From an uncultured Clostridia bacterium (GTDB lineage Bacteria > Bacillota > Clostridia > Christensenellales > Aristaeellaceae), in assembly GCA_947565865.1 (NCBI GenBank), contig CANOHT010000009.1, forward strand, positions 10,142-74,141: a stretch of DNA of 64,000 bases, read 5' to 3'. Under the pieces are notes generated by a model that was not told where the DNA came from, made no database searches, and worked only from the letters and a program-made list of their open reading frames with translations. Made by a program: the position numbers and the translations under genes. Shown here piece after piece: positions 25,557 to 34,641 of this stretch. Numbering within the stretch: the first letter of the stretch is position 1; each line of letters begins with the position of its first letter.

Positions 25557-26522
25557 ATGAAACGAATCGCGTTGCTTGCCACCGGCGGCACCATTGCTTG
25601 TCGGCAGACTTCCGAGGGACTGTCGCCCGCTCTCCATGCGGAGGAACTGATTCGCAGCGTGCCCTACCGCCGGGCGGAGATTGTCTGCCGGGACGTGTTT
25701 TCCATGGATTCCAGCAACATCCAGCCTGAGGAATGGTCGCTGCTGGCCCGGGCGGTGGATGAAGCCATGCGCACCTGTGACGGTGTGGTGATCACCCACG
25801 GCACGGACACCATGGGCTACACAGCCGCCGCGCTGTCCTTCATGCTGCTGGGCCAGGACAGGCCCGTCATTCTCACCGGGAGCCAGCTGCCCCTGGGAGC
25901 GCCGCTGTCCGACGCGGAAACCAACCTGTCCTGCGCTGTCGAGGCCGCTTGCCAGGGCGTCGCGGGTACCTATGTATGCTTCAACCGCAAGCTGATCCTG
26001 GGCGTTCGGGCGGTCAAGACCCGCACCATGTCCTTTGACGCCTTTGACAGCGTGAACAGCTCCCTGGCGGGCATGGTGGATTCCGAGGGCATCCACTTCC
26101 TGCGGCCCATGCGCACGGGGGAAGCCTACCGGCTTCGGCCTGAGGTGGACACCCGGGTTTTCCTGCTCAAGCTGGTGCCGGGAACCCAGCCGGATGTGCT
26201 GGACTTCGTGGCGCAGGCAGGCTACCGGGGGCTGGTCATCGAGGCCTTCGGGCTGGGCGGACTGCACTACATCCGCCGCAACCTGGTGGAAAAGCTCAGG
26301 CTTCTGCGCCGGAAGGGTGTGCGGGTGCTGGTGGTGACCCAGTGCATGTATGAGCGGGCGGATCTGTCCATCTATGAGGTGGGCTCCCAGCTGCTGCGCA
26401 CGGATGTCATCAACGGCTTGGACATGACCACCGAGGCTGCCGTGACCAAGCTGATGTGGGCCCTGGCCCAGGAGGACACCGACGCGCTGCTGTCCCGAGA
26501 CCTGTGCGGGGAAATGCGGTGA
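25557..26522 (+). CDS. ansA: Type I L-asparaginase
   Basis: I set the start at ATG 25557 (MKRIALLATGGTIA). The TGGTIA and HGTDTM active-site motifs are present. Confidence 0.9.
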   Translation: MKRIALLATGGTIACRQTSEGLSPALHAEELIRSVPYRRAEIVCRDVFSMDSSNIQPEEWSLLARAVDEAMRTCDGVVITHGTDTMGYTAAALSFMLLGQDRPVILTGSQLPLGAPLSDAETNLSCAVEAACQGVAGTYVCFNRKLILGVRAVKTRTMSFDAFDSVNSSLAGMVDSEGIHFLRPMRTGEAYRLRPEVDTRVFLLKLVPGTQPDVLDFVAQAGYRGLVIEAFGLGGLHYIRRNLVEKLRLLRRKGVRVLVVTQCMYERADLSIYEVGSQLLRTDVINGLDMTTEAAVTKLMWALAQEDTDALLSRDLCGEMR

Positions 26523-26700
26523 GTCGGCAACGTGCCATAGGCGCAATGGTCCGGGGTTTGCGCGCGCTCCCTGGCTGAGGCATAAACGCCTCTTCCGAAC
26601 GTTTGCTTGTATTAAGGAAGCTTTTCCTCTTGAAAAGCGCAAGAACTGGCGCGCGTGTCGTCGGTTTCTAAAAGAAAATCGAGGGGCCTTGCCGGCAGTT

Positions 26701-26736
26701 AAAACGCCAAAGCGATCAAAACCGCTTTGGCGTTTT
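26701..26736. terminator. Bidirectional terminator between ansA and the convergent TIM-barrel gene
   Basis: AAAACGCCAAAGCG-atcaaaac-CGCTTTGGCGTTTT forms a perfect 14-bp stem with A and T arms. Confidence 0.75.
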
Positions 26737-26743
26737 GGTGTTT

Positions 26744-27628
26744 TTACGCGTTCCCGGCCAGGGCCAGCAGATGCAGCCGGGCGGTCTCGGCGTTGGCGGG
26801 GTTGGTATTTTCGAGGGTCATGGGCAGGCTGCGCTCCTTGGCCAGGGCCAGCAGAGGCTGATAGTTCATCTGCCCAAGGCCGCAGGCGATGGACAGAAGT
26901 CCATCGAACATCAGCGTGTTGGCAACGTCCATCCTGGCCTGCTGGCAGGCGGGGCCATCGGGGATGAAGTCCTTCATGTGCAGCAGCTCGGCGTAGGGGC
27001 CCAGACGCCCCACGGCGTCCAGCACGACGCTTTCCGCCTGATGGACGTTATGCCAGTCCAGCAGGTTGACGCCGTCCAGGATGACCCGCAGCATGGGGGA
27101 ATCGAAATGCTCGATGACCCGCTGGCACCGTTCAGGCGTACTGACGATGTGGCGGCAGACCGGCTCAATGGCGAAGACCTGCCCGACCTCCTCCGCGAAG
27201 CGTACCACAGGGGCAGCGCGCTCCATGAACAGCGCGAGGGCTTCCTCTGTCCAGCAAGCTGGACTGGAGGCGTAGGCGACGTTGGGGGCGCCGGTCTCGG
27301 TGCCGACCAGCCGCGCGCCGATCATTTTGCCAAAGCGCAGATGGGCTTTGTAGATGTCCAGCGTCCGGGCATGGGCTTCCTCATCGGGGCTGCACAGGTT
27401 CAGGTAGCAGCCCAGCAGCACGCAGGTCATATCGTACTTGCGCAATAGCGCCTTTACTTCCGCCGCCAGCTCCTCGGTAAGCAGCGCGGGGGCGTCGGCC
27501 ATCTTGAAGCCGGGTATGACCTTGCTCATGGCGATATGGCAGCAGGTGAAGCCCTGTTCCCTGGCGTTGCGCATTTTTTCTTCCAGAGTAGCCCCGGCGG
27601 CGTCATGCAGGCGAAGACCAATCTGCAT
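26744..27628 (-). CDS. Sugar phosphate isomerase/epimerase (xylose isomerase-like TIM barrel)
   Basis: 294 aa. The sequence has the AP-endonuclease-2/TIM-barrel family look (MQIGLRLHD...GFTCCHIA...VGTETG...LHMKDF). AAGGAGG lies 9 nt upstream. The substrate is unknown. Confidence 0.7.
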   Translation of the reverse strand: MQIGLRLHDAAGATLEEKMRNAREQGFTCCHIAMSKVIPGFKMADAPALLTEELAAEVKALLRKYDMTCVLLGCYLNLCSPDEEAHARTLDIYKAHLRFGKMIGARLVGTETGAPNVAYASSPACWTEEALALFMERAAPVVRFAEEVGQVFAIEPVCRHIVSTPERCQRVIEHFDSPMLRVILDGVNLLDWHNVHQAESVVLDAVGRLGPYAELLHMKDFIPDGPACQQARMDVANTLMFDGLLSIACGLGQMNYQPLLALAKERSLPMTLENTNPANAETARLHLLALAGNA

Positions 27629-27709
27629 CGAAAACGACCTCCTTTGTACATGTCAACTGCTGACAGTATACCGCAACTTTGGCCGTTTGACCAGAGAAAA
27701 AACCGTTCT

Positions 27710-28531
27710 TTATGCGTGTCGGGTCAAAAAGGCCTCCGCCTGGCTCATCTCCGCCAGCGCGGCGTCGCGGAAGGTGTCCAGCTGCAGCGCCTGGGATTCC
27801 GGCGGCAGGGCCAGGTAATCCCGCAGCAGGCACAGCAGGCTTTCCAGCTGCGCAACGGCCGCGTCGAAGTCCTTCTCCCAGGCAATGCGCCGCAGATCAT
27901 GGCGCACCTGAAGCCGATCCAGTTCCCGCTGCAATTCCGCCGCTTCCCCCGCGCGGGCGGCCCGGCGCAGCAGCTCCTTCAGCCCTTCCAGCATGTGGGA
28001 GACGCAGGGCTCGGCCATCAGCTCAGTCGCGGCGGTGTCCTCAGGGTCGCAAAAGGCGACATCCGCCCGATCCACTGGCGCGTCCTTGGGGTAGGGCTTG
28101 CCCTCGCGGCGCAGCTCTTCCCGGACGGCCTCAATCAATTCGGGCCGGTGCTTGAGCAGAGTGCGGTATTTGTTCTGATAGCGCAGCATCAGGCTGTGGT
28201 TGCCCCCCGCCATGCGCATCACGCAGGAACGGACGGACAGTCCCTGGCCCCGGGCCATCAGCACCTGACGCAGCAGCTCGTGGGTTTCCTCAGGCGTAAA
28301 AACCGCGAAGGGAGCGGCTTTCAGCTCGGCGGCCTCGGGGCGCTGGCGCAGGCAGGCATAGTAATAGTTGCGAATGCTGTTGGGCTTGCGGCCAAGGTCG
28401 CCGGAGAGGTTCTCAAAAACACTGCGGAGCGGCTCGCCGGCGGCAGAGGCCTCCTTCACAGCGGAGAACAGACGGTTGGTTTCCTCTTCCTGCCAGCCCG
28501 AACGGGTGCGTACCTTCACTTGACTTTCCAT
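27710..28531 (-). CDS. Hypothetical protein with two N-terminal Myb/SANT-like (RsfA-like) repeats and a C-terminal helical region
   Basis: Repeat 1 is SGWQEEETNRLFSAVKEA...LGRKPNSIRNYYYACLRQ. Repeat 2 is FTPEETHELLRQVL...NHSLMLRYQNKYRTLLK. The start at 28531 (MESQV) or 28570 is uncertain. Confidence 0.6.
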   Translation of the reverse strand: MESQVKVRTRSGWQEEETNRLFSAVKEASAAGEPLRSVFENLSGDLGRKPNSIRNYYYACLRQRPEAAELKAAPFAVFTPEETHELLRQVLMARGQGLSVRSCVMRMAGGNHSLMLRYQNKYRTLLKHRPELIEAVREELRREGKPYPKDAPVDRADVAFCDPEDTAATELMAEPCVSHMLEGLKELLRRAARAGEAAELQRELDRLQVRHDLRRIAWEKDFDAAVAQLESLLCLLRDYLALPPESQALQLDTFRDAALAEMSQAEAFLTRHA

Positions 28532-28924
28532 GATGATGTCATTCTCCTTCCCATGTGGTGTATCAACCATCCTGCCCCAGTGGAAATAAAACTATACCAG
28601 ACCATAGGCAAAGCATAGGGAAACAGCTGTGTTAATAGCTGTCTGAGCGGCTGAAACGCAGCGACCGGCTTACCGGCTGAACGCGCGTTTCCCGTAACCA
28701 AATGCAATGCGCGGAGGAAAACACTGCTTGTCAGCAAACGCCAGGATAGCGCCGGAGGAACTCGGCCTCTTTGGTGACAGGCGCTTCTTCGCGGGAACAA
28801 AACGGGGCGCGGCGCCTGCGCTTGGGCGAAGAGAAGCTTCCTGACGGGGCTTTGGGCCGGAGGCCGGGGGAATCGGGGAGATTCCGCGCGCTCCAAGGGC
28901 GGTTTGGCCGGAGGAGCGTCCTCC

Positions 28925-30034
28925 TTACAGCAGGGGCAAAAGCGCGTTGCCCAGGCCGGTCTGTCCCTGGTAGACCTGCCAGGCGGCGTCGGCGATGGTC
29001 TGCGGGGTGAGGTAAGCGTTGACGGCGGTCAGGGCGCGGGCCGCTGCGGTTTCCACTTCGCCCTCAACGCCCGCGTAATACAGCCGCATATCCTCCCGAA
29101 CCGTGTGCAGGCCCTGGCTGGACAGCGCCTGCTGACTATCCGTCGCGGTGAGAAAAGCCAGCAGCGCGGCGGCCTGATCGCTGCCGCCCTTGACCACGCT
29201 TCCCAGCCACACCAGGTCGGTGATGACCTCGCCCGGCGCCATGGTGCGGAAGGCAGAGGCTTTTCCGGCGGCCACCAGCGCGTTCTGCGCGGTGATTTGT
29301 CCCGTGGTCAGCAGGCAGGTGGGGCATTGGCGAGCCTGGAAGCGCCGATAGACCTCCGCGGCGGTGAGGGTGGAGAGCTGGTCGGGGAGGGGCGGGCGCT
29401 GCTCCTGAGGCAGCAGGCAGCTCAGAGAGAACAGCCCGCAGCCGGGCGCGGCCAGCAGGGGCGTCTCCGCCTTCAGCGCGGCGTCAAGGGGATAGGGGGC
29501 GGGCGTGGTGTCAAGGGCGGGCGATGTTGCGGCGGGCCGTCCCAGGAGCGTGGTAGGGGCGGGCGTGGCGGCTTCATGGGGCTCGATGGCGCTGTCAATG
29601 GCCAGCACATAAGCGCCGTAGCACAGGGGAAGACCAAACTGCTCGCCCTTCCAGCGGCCGCAGCGCAGGAGCGGCTCCCTGACGCCGGATATATTGCCAA
29701 TGGGCATCAGCAGCTTTTCCGGGTCGGTCAGGGCGCCCGGGGTATAGAGCACCACGTCGGGCAGCACGGCGTCTTCCTCGTACAGGGCGTCGGGCGTTAC
29801 GGTACGCAGATAGGTCATCACGCCGGGATTGGCCTTTTCAAAAGCCCGCAGCCTTGCCTTCAGCCAGCTTTCGCCGCCGCCCACCGAGGACACTGACCAT
29901 ATGCGAAGCAGCGTGCGATCATTGCCCCTGCCGGACAGCGCCGAGGGAGACTGGGTATGCACCCTGGGCAGCAGCCACAGCGTCAATGCGGTGAGGGCGA
30001 GGGCGGCGAGGCAGATAGCTCGGCGGCGGGTCAT
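28925..30034 (-). CDS. Membrane-anchored extracytoplasmic protein, possibly solute-binding-protein-like
   Basis: I set the start at ATG 30034, with AAGGAGG 7 nt upstream. The protein begins MTRRRAICLAALALTALTLWLL (TM or signal anchor), then LRIWSVSS...WLKARLRAFEKANPGV, which is reminiscent of family-1 SBP N-termini. The assignment is weak. Confidence 0.6.
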   Translation of the reverse strand: MTRRRAICLAALALTALTLWLLPRVHTQSPSALSGRGNDRTLLRIWSVSSVGGGESWLKARLRAFEKANPGVMTYLRTVTPDALYEEDAVLPDVVLYTPGALTDPEKLLMPIGNISGVREPLLRCGRWKGEQFGLPLCYGAYVLAIDSAIEPHEAATPAPTTLLGRPAATSPALDTTPAPYPLDAALKAETPLLAAPGCGLFSLSCLLPQEQRPPLPDQLSTLTAAEVYRRFQARQCPTCLLTTGQITAQNALVAAGKASAFRTMAPGEVITDLVWLGSVVKGGSDQAAALLAFLTATDSQQALSSQGLHTVREDMRLYYAGVEGEVETAAARALTAVNAYLTPQTIADAAWQVYQGQTGLGNALLPLL

Positions 30035-30189
30035 AACGGAACCTCCTTGATGGAACATGGTGAATATGTATGCGGCGCTGAAGCGAAATAGGCGTCAGAG
30101 AACCACATTTTTCCGCCCTTCGCGCGCAGCGCTGATGGCGGAGGCCAGGCGGATTCAGCGCGCGGGGATGATATGCTGCCAGTTGCCCC

Positions 30190-30218
30190 TTGCCAAAAAG
30201 GATAATTCATCCTATAAT
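30190..30218 (+). promoter_or_regulatory. Sigma-A type promoter for the phosphoglucomutase gene
   Basis: TTGCCA (30190-30195), a 17-nt spacer, then TATAAT (30213-30218). Confidence 0.6.
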
Positions 30219-30268
30219 AGAAGCAATGGTGATTCCTTTGTATTCATTCATAAAGGAGGATGACATCC

Positions 30269-31987
30269 ATGGATGTGCGCTCATCTTATGAGCAGTGGCT
30301 CAGGGATTTTGCCAATGATGAAGATACGGTCAGGGACTTGCTGGCCATTGGAGATGATGATCGGGAGATTGAGGATCGCTTCTATACGGAGCTGTCCTTC
30401 GGCACCGCCGGGATGCGCGGCGTGCTGGGCGCGGGCATGAACCGCATGAACCGCTACAATGTCCGCCGGGCGACCAAGGGCCTGGCGAAATACCTCATGG
30501 AAAAGCCTGAGGAGGCACGGCGGGGCGTGGTTATCGCCTATGACAGCCGTCGCTGCTCGGCGGAGTTTGCCCGGGAGACGGCGCTGGTTTTGTGTCGGGA
30601 GGGCGTGCCGGCCTACCTGTTCGACGATCTGCGCCCCGTGCCGATTTTGTCCTACGCGGTGCGGCATCTGCATGCCATCGCGGGCATCGTCATCACGGCC
30701 AGCCACAATCCGCCCCAGTATAACGGCTATAAGGTCTACGGCGAGGACGGCGCTCAGGTGGGGCCGGAGGCGGCGGAGGGCATTACCCGGATCATCCGCG
30801 CCACGGCCTACACCGACTGCGCCCTGATGGATGAGGCGGAGGCCAGAGCCAAGGGGCTGCTGCGCATCATCGGCAACAAGGAAGTGGACGACGATTATAT
30901 CGCGGATATCAAGACCCTGTGTATCCAGCCTGAACTGCTGGATCGAGAGGGCGGCAAGCTCAGAATTGTTTATACGCCCATCCATGGCTCCGGCAACGTA
31001 CCCGTGCGCCGGATCCTCAAGGAGGTCGGTATCAGCAATGTATCCGTGGTGAAGGAGCAGGAGCCGCCCGACCCGAATTTCTCCACCGTCAAGGTGCCTA
31101 ACCCTGAAGACCCCGGCGCTTTCACCCTGGCCTTCAGGCTGGCGGATGAGGTGGGCGCCGACGTGATTTTCGCCACCGACCCGGACTGTGACCGCCTGGG
31201 CGTGGCTGTGCGCAAAAAGGACGGTCAGTGGCAGCTGCTCACCGGCAACCAGATCGGCTGCGTGCTGCTGTATTACATTCTTTCTACCAAGCACAAGCAG
31301 GGCAAATTGCCCGAGAACGGCGCGGCGGTGAAGTCCATCGTCTCCACCTCCCTGTCCAACCGCATCTGTGAGAGCTTCGGCGTGGATATGTTTGAGACCC
31401 TCACGGGCTTCAAGTTCATTGGTGAAAAGATCCAGCAGTTCCAGGACACGGGCAGCCACACCTTCCTTTTCGGCTTTGAGGAAAGCTACGGCTTCCTGTC
31501 CTCCACCTTCGTGCGGGACAAGGACGGCGTGAATGCGTCCCTGCTGATTTCAGAGGTGGCCTGTGCCTGCCAGGCGGAGGGCATCACCCTGTATGACAAG
31601 GTGCAGGAGATTTTCGAGCGCTACGGTTATTTTGTGGAAAAGGTGGTCTCCAAGACGCTGCCCGGCAAGGACGGCCTGACCCGGATGAAGGAGATCATGA
31701 AGGAGCTGCGGGCCAATCCGCCCAAGGATATCGCCGGCATGAAGGTGACGGCGGTGCGGGACTATCTGGCTGGTATTCGCACCTGCGGCGGCCAGGCGGA
31801 ACCCACGGGCCTTCCCACCTCCGACGTGCTGTATTTCGAACTGGAGAGGGGCAACTGGGTCTGTGTGCGGCCCTCCGGCACGGAGCCGAAGATTAAGCTG
31901 TACGTCAATTCCAACGCGGCCAGTCAGGAGGAGGCCGAGGCCGTCAACGCCCGGCTCCGGGAGGCCAGCGAAAAGCTGATGGATTGA
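30269..31987 (+). CDS. pgcA: Phospho-sugar mutase (phosphoglucomutase/phosphomannomutase, PgcA-like)
   Basis: I set the start at ATG 30269, 9 nt after AGGAGG. The active-site loop is GIVITASHNPPQYNGYKV, with the DPDCDRLG metal loop and a GEESYG-like FGFEESYGF block. Confidence 0.9.
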   Translation: MDVRSSYEQWLRDFANDEDTVRDLLAIGDDDREIEDRFYTELSFGTAGMRGVLGAGMNRMNRYNVRRATKGLAKYLMEKPEEARRGVVIAYDSRRCSAEFARETALVLCREGVPAYLFDDLRPVPILSYAVRHLHAIAGIVITASHNPPQYNGYKVYGEDGAQVGPEAAEGITRIIRATAYTDCALMDEAEARAKGLLRIIGNKEVDDDYIADIKTLCIQPELLDREGGKLRIVYTPIHGSGNVPVRRILKEVGISNVSVVKEQEPPDPNFSTVKVPNPEDPGAFTLAFRLADEVGADVIFATDPDCDRLGVAVRKKDGQWQLLTGNQIGCVLLYYILSTKHKQGKLPENGAAVKSIVSTSLSNRICESFGVDMFETLTGFKFIGEKIQQFQDTGSHTFLFGFEESYGFLSSTFVRDKDGVNASLLISEVACACQAEGITLYDKVQEIFERYGYFVEKVVSKTLPGKDGLTRMKEIMKELRANPPKDIAGMKVTAVRDYLAGIRTCGGQAEPTGLPTSDVLYFELERGNWVCVRPSGTEPKIKLYVNSNAASQEEAEAVNARLREASEKLMD

Positions 31988-32087
31988 TACAATACCAACC
32001 TGCGCGACGGCGCGTCTGGATCAGGCACGGCGGTGATGCCGCTGTGCCTGCCTTCATGTCTTCGCGAAAGAAAAGGGGTTACCGACA

Positions 32088-33515
32088 ATGCGGAAATGGA
32101 TCGCGCTGATGCTGGCGCTCTGCCTGGCGCTGACATGCCTGCCGGCGCTGGCGCTCACCCGGGAGGAGCTGGAGGCGGACGCCCGGGTGAAGGTGGAGGC
32201 CGGCATTGCGCTGATGGCGAAGGAGCAGTCCGGGTGGGCGAAGGTCATGATGGAGCATACGCAGGTGACCAGCGTCGCCAAAGAGGGCGCCTATGTGGTG
32301 GTGAAGGTAGCTTTTCCCGCGATGAAGGCGGGGGTAAGCGCCGGCGACAGGCATAACGGCGATGCGCCGGGCTATCTTCAGCGCGCCGTCGCGCCCGCGC
32401 TTTCCCTGACGGAAACAGCGGCGTATACCATCCGGGTGAGCATCAAGGGCAAGAACGACAATCTGACGCTGAACTGGAGCGATACGCGCTCCCTGCAGGG
32501 CTATCGGAAGAAGATCGGCGCGCAGGCGTCTTCCGCCGCTAAAACCTTCGAGACCGCGAGGGTGAGGAGCGCCGTGAGCGATTACCTGTTGCCCAAGGCG
32601 GCGGCGTATCCCAAGCAGCGCCCGGAGACGGCCCCCGCATGGTCGGGCCTGCCTGAATACTGCGCGCAGGCGGCCCCGTCGCTGGGGCTTACCGCGGAGC
32701 AGGCGGAGGGCCGACTTCCGGCGATGCTGATGCTGCTGGACATCACCCAGATCAGCGCGAAGGAATCCCTGGCGGCCGTGACGCTGACGCTGCGGGCAAG
32801 GAACTGGCAGGGGATGCTGGAAACGGCGGAAGCCCAGGCCCGGCAGGCCATGGACGCCATGATGGGCGTGCCGGATATGACCCGGGAAGAGATCGAGGGC
32901 ATTCTGACGGCGCAGCTTCCGGCCGCTTGCTTCGACGCTTATTACGGAACGCAGCGGCGGCACATGACCGAAACAAAGGTGACGGTGGATTTGCTCTCAT
33001 CGGTCAGCGAGGGCGTAGGCAGCGCCAAGGAACTGATGGACGAGCTGGCGGCATACTCCGCCCAGGTGGACGCCCATGTGGACAGCCTGATGGCTTATGC
33101 CGCCACACTGGATGATTATCCCACCGTGGAGCTGATGGATACGTCCATCCTGGAGGGTTCCGGCCAGGAGGGCGGCGCCCAGGTTTTTGTGGACACGGGT
33201 AAGAGCGACAACCATGGGTACGTTTGCGTCCGCCAGCAGGGCTGCGTGGTGGCGAAGGGATTCATTCACGCAGGCGTCCGCCTGTGGCTTCCGCTGGCTC
33301 CCGGCCTTTACGAGGTCTACTGCTCCTACGGTCCGACCTGGTACGGGGAGCGCTACATCTTTGGCAAGGAGGCGTTCTGCGGGATGCTGATGCTGGAGGT
33401 GCCCAAGGACGGCAATCTGCGCTTGTCCCTTCAGGACGGCGGCGAGGGACAGGCGGTCGCTCCGCTGCCCTACGAAGCGTTCTGCAGCGCAATCAATATG
33501 GATGGAGAGGAATGA
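32088..33515 (+). CDS. Hypothetical secreted protein (signal peptide; no domain recognised)
   Basis: 475-aa ORF whose N-terminus MRKWIALMLALCLALTCLPALA is a signal peptide. Its stop (33513-15) lies 4 nt before the M42 peptidase start. Confidence 0.7.
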   Translation: MRKWIALMLALCLALTCLPALALTREELEADARVKVEAGIALMAKEQSGWAKVMMEHTQVTSVAKEGAYVVVKVAFPAMKAGVSAGDRHNGDAPGYLQRAVAPALSLTETAAYTIRVSIKGKNDNLTLNWSDTRSLQGYRKKIGAQASSAAKTFETARVRSAVSDYLLPKAAAYPKQRPETAPAWSGLPEYCAQAAPSLGLTAEQAEGRLPAMLMLLDITQISAKESLAAVTLTLRARNWQGMLETAEAQARQAMDAMMGVPDMTREEIEGILTAQLPAACFDAYYGTQRRHMTETKVTVDLLSSVSEGVGSAKELMDELAAYSAQVDAHVDSLMAYAATLDDYPTVELMDTSILEGSGQEGGAQVFVDTGKSDNHGYVCVRQQGCVVAKGFIHAGVRLWLPLAPGLYEVYCSYGPTWYGERYIFGKEAFCGMLMLEVPKDGNLRLSLQDGGEGQAVAPLPYEAFCSAINMDGEE

Positions 33516-33519
33516 TACC

Positions 33520-34551
33520 ATGGAATGCCAAGCCTACCTGCTGGAACAGCTGAAGACGCTGGCCGCTATCCCCAGCCCCACGGGTATGACCGTGGCGGCG
33601 GAGGATTATCTGCTGGCGGAATTGACCCGGCTGGGCTTCAAGCCCTGGCGTACCCGCAAGGGCACCGTCCTGTGTGAGCTGGGCGGTCAGGGACGCCCGC
33701 TGCTGTGCTCCGCTCATGTGGATACCCTGGGCGCGATGGTTCGCGCGGTGAAGGGCGACGGGCATCTGCGCTACACGGCCATCGGCGGCTTCGACGATAC
33801 CAACATTGAAAATGAGAACGTGATGATCCATACCCGGGAGGGCAAGACCTTCCGGGGAACGGTGTACGCCACCAGGGCAAGCCTCCATGTGTGGGGCAGC
33901 CAGTCCGGCACCCCCCGCTCCGACGAGTTTCTGGAGGTCATCCTGGATGAGGAGGTCGCCTCAGCGGAGGACGTCAGGCGGCTGGGCATTCATCCTGGGG
34001 ATTTCATCAGCTTTGATCCCCGTACAATGGTGACGGAGAGCGGCTTCGTCAAGAGCCGGCACCTGGATGACAAGGCCTCCGCGGCCATTTTGCTGACGCT
34101 GGCGCGGGAGGTGGCGGAAGGCCGGCTGCGCCTGGGCCGGCAGGTGTTCATTGCTTTTACGGTGTACGAGGAGGTCGGTCATGGCGGCGCGGGCCTGTGG
34201 AACCTGCCGGTGGAGGACATGCTGGCGGTGGACATGGGCTGCGTGGGCGCCGACCTGGGCTGCAAGGAAACCCAGGTATCCATCTGCGCCAAGGATTCCG
34301 CCGGGCCCTATGACTGGCGCTTTACCAATGAGCTGATTGCCCGGGGCCGTGCCCTGGGGCTGAATTTCGCCGTGGATGTCTATCCTCGCTATTCCTCCGA
34401 CGCTTCCCCCGCGCTGAAGGCCGGCATGGAGGTACGCTTTGCCCTGTGCGGCACGGGCGTTTTTGCCTCCCATGGCTATGAGCGTACCCACATCAAGGGT
34501 TTGACGAATACGCTCAGGCTGGTCAGCGACGTGATGGAGCACACGGTTTAA
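33520..34551 (+). CDS. M42-family metallo-aminopeptidase
   Basis: I set the start at ATG 33520, 9 nt after GGAGAGG. The blocks LAAIPSPTGMT...SAHVDTLGAMV and EEVGHGGA are M42 (FrvX/PepA-like) features. Confidence 0.8.
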   Translation: MECQAYLLEQLKTLAAIPSPTGMTVAAEDYLLAELTRLGFKPWRTRKGTVLCELGGQGRPLLCSAHVDTLGAMVRAVKGDGHLRYTAIGGFDDTNIENENVMIHTREGKTFRGTVYATRASLHVWGSQSGTPRSDEFLEVILDEEVASAEDVRRLGIHPGDFISFDPRTMVTESGFVKSRHLDDKASAAILLTLAREVAEGRLRLGRQVFIAFTVYEEVGHGGAGLWNLPVEDMLAVDMGCVGADLGCKETQVSICAKDSAGPYDWRFTNELIARGRALGLNFAVDVYPRYSSDASPALKAGMEVRFALCGTGVFASHGYERTHIKGLTNTLRLVSDVMEHTV

Positions 34552-34572
34552 TCCGGCGATGAACTGCAGAAA

Positions 34573-34618
34573 AAGCGGCCGCCTGCTGATACTTGTAAGC
34601 AGGCGGCCGCTTCTATTT
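34573..34618. terminator. Bidirectional terminator between the M42 and PBP1A genes
   Basis: AAGCGGCCGCCTGC-12 nt-GCAGGCGGCCGCTT forms a 14-bp stem, flanked by AAAA and TTCTATTT. Confidence 0.75.
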
Positions 34619-34641
34619 GATTCGCGTGTCCGCGCTGAACG

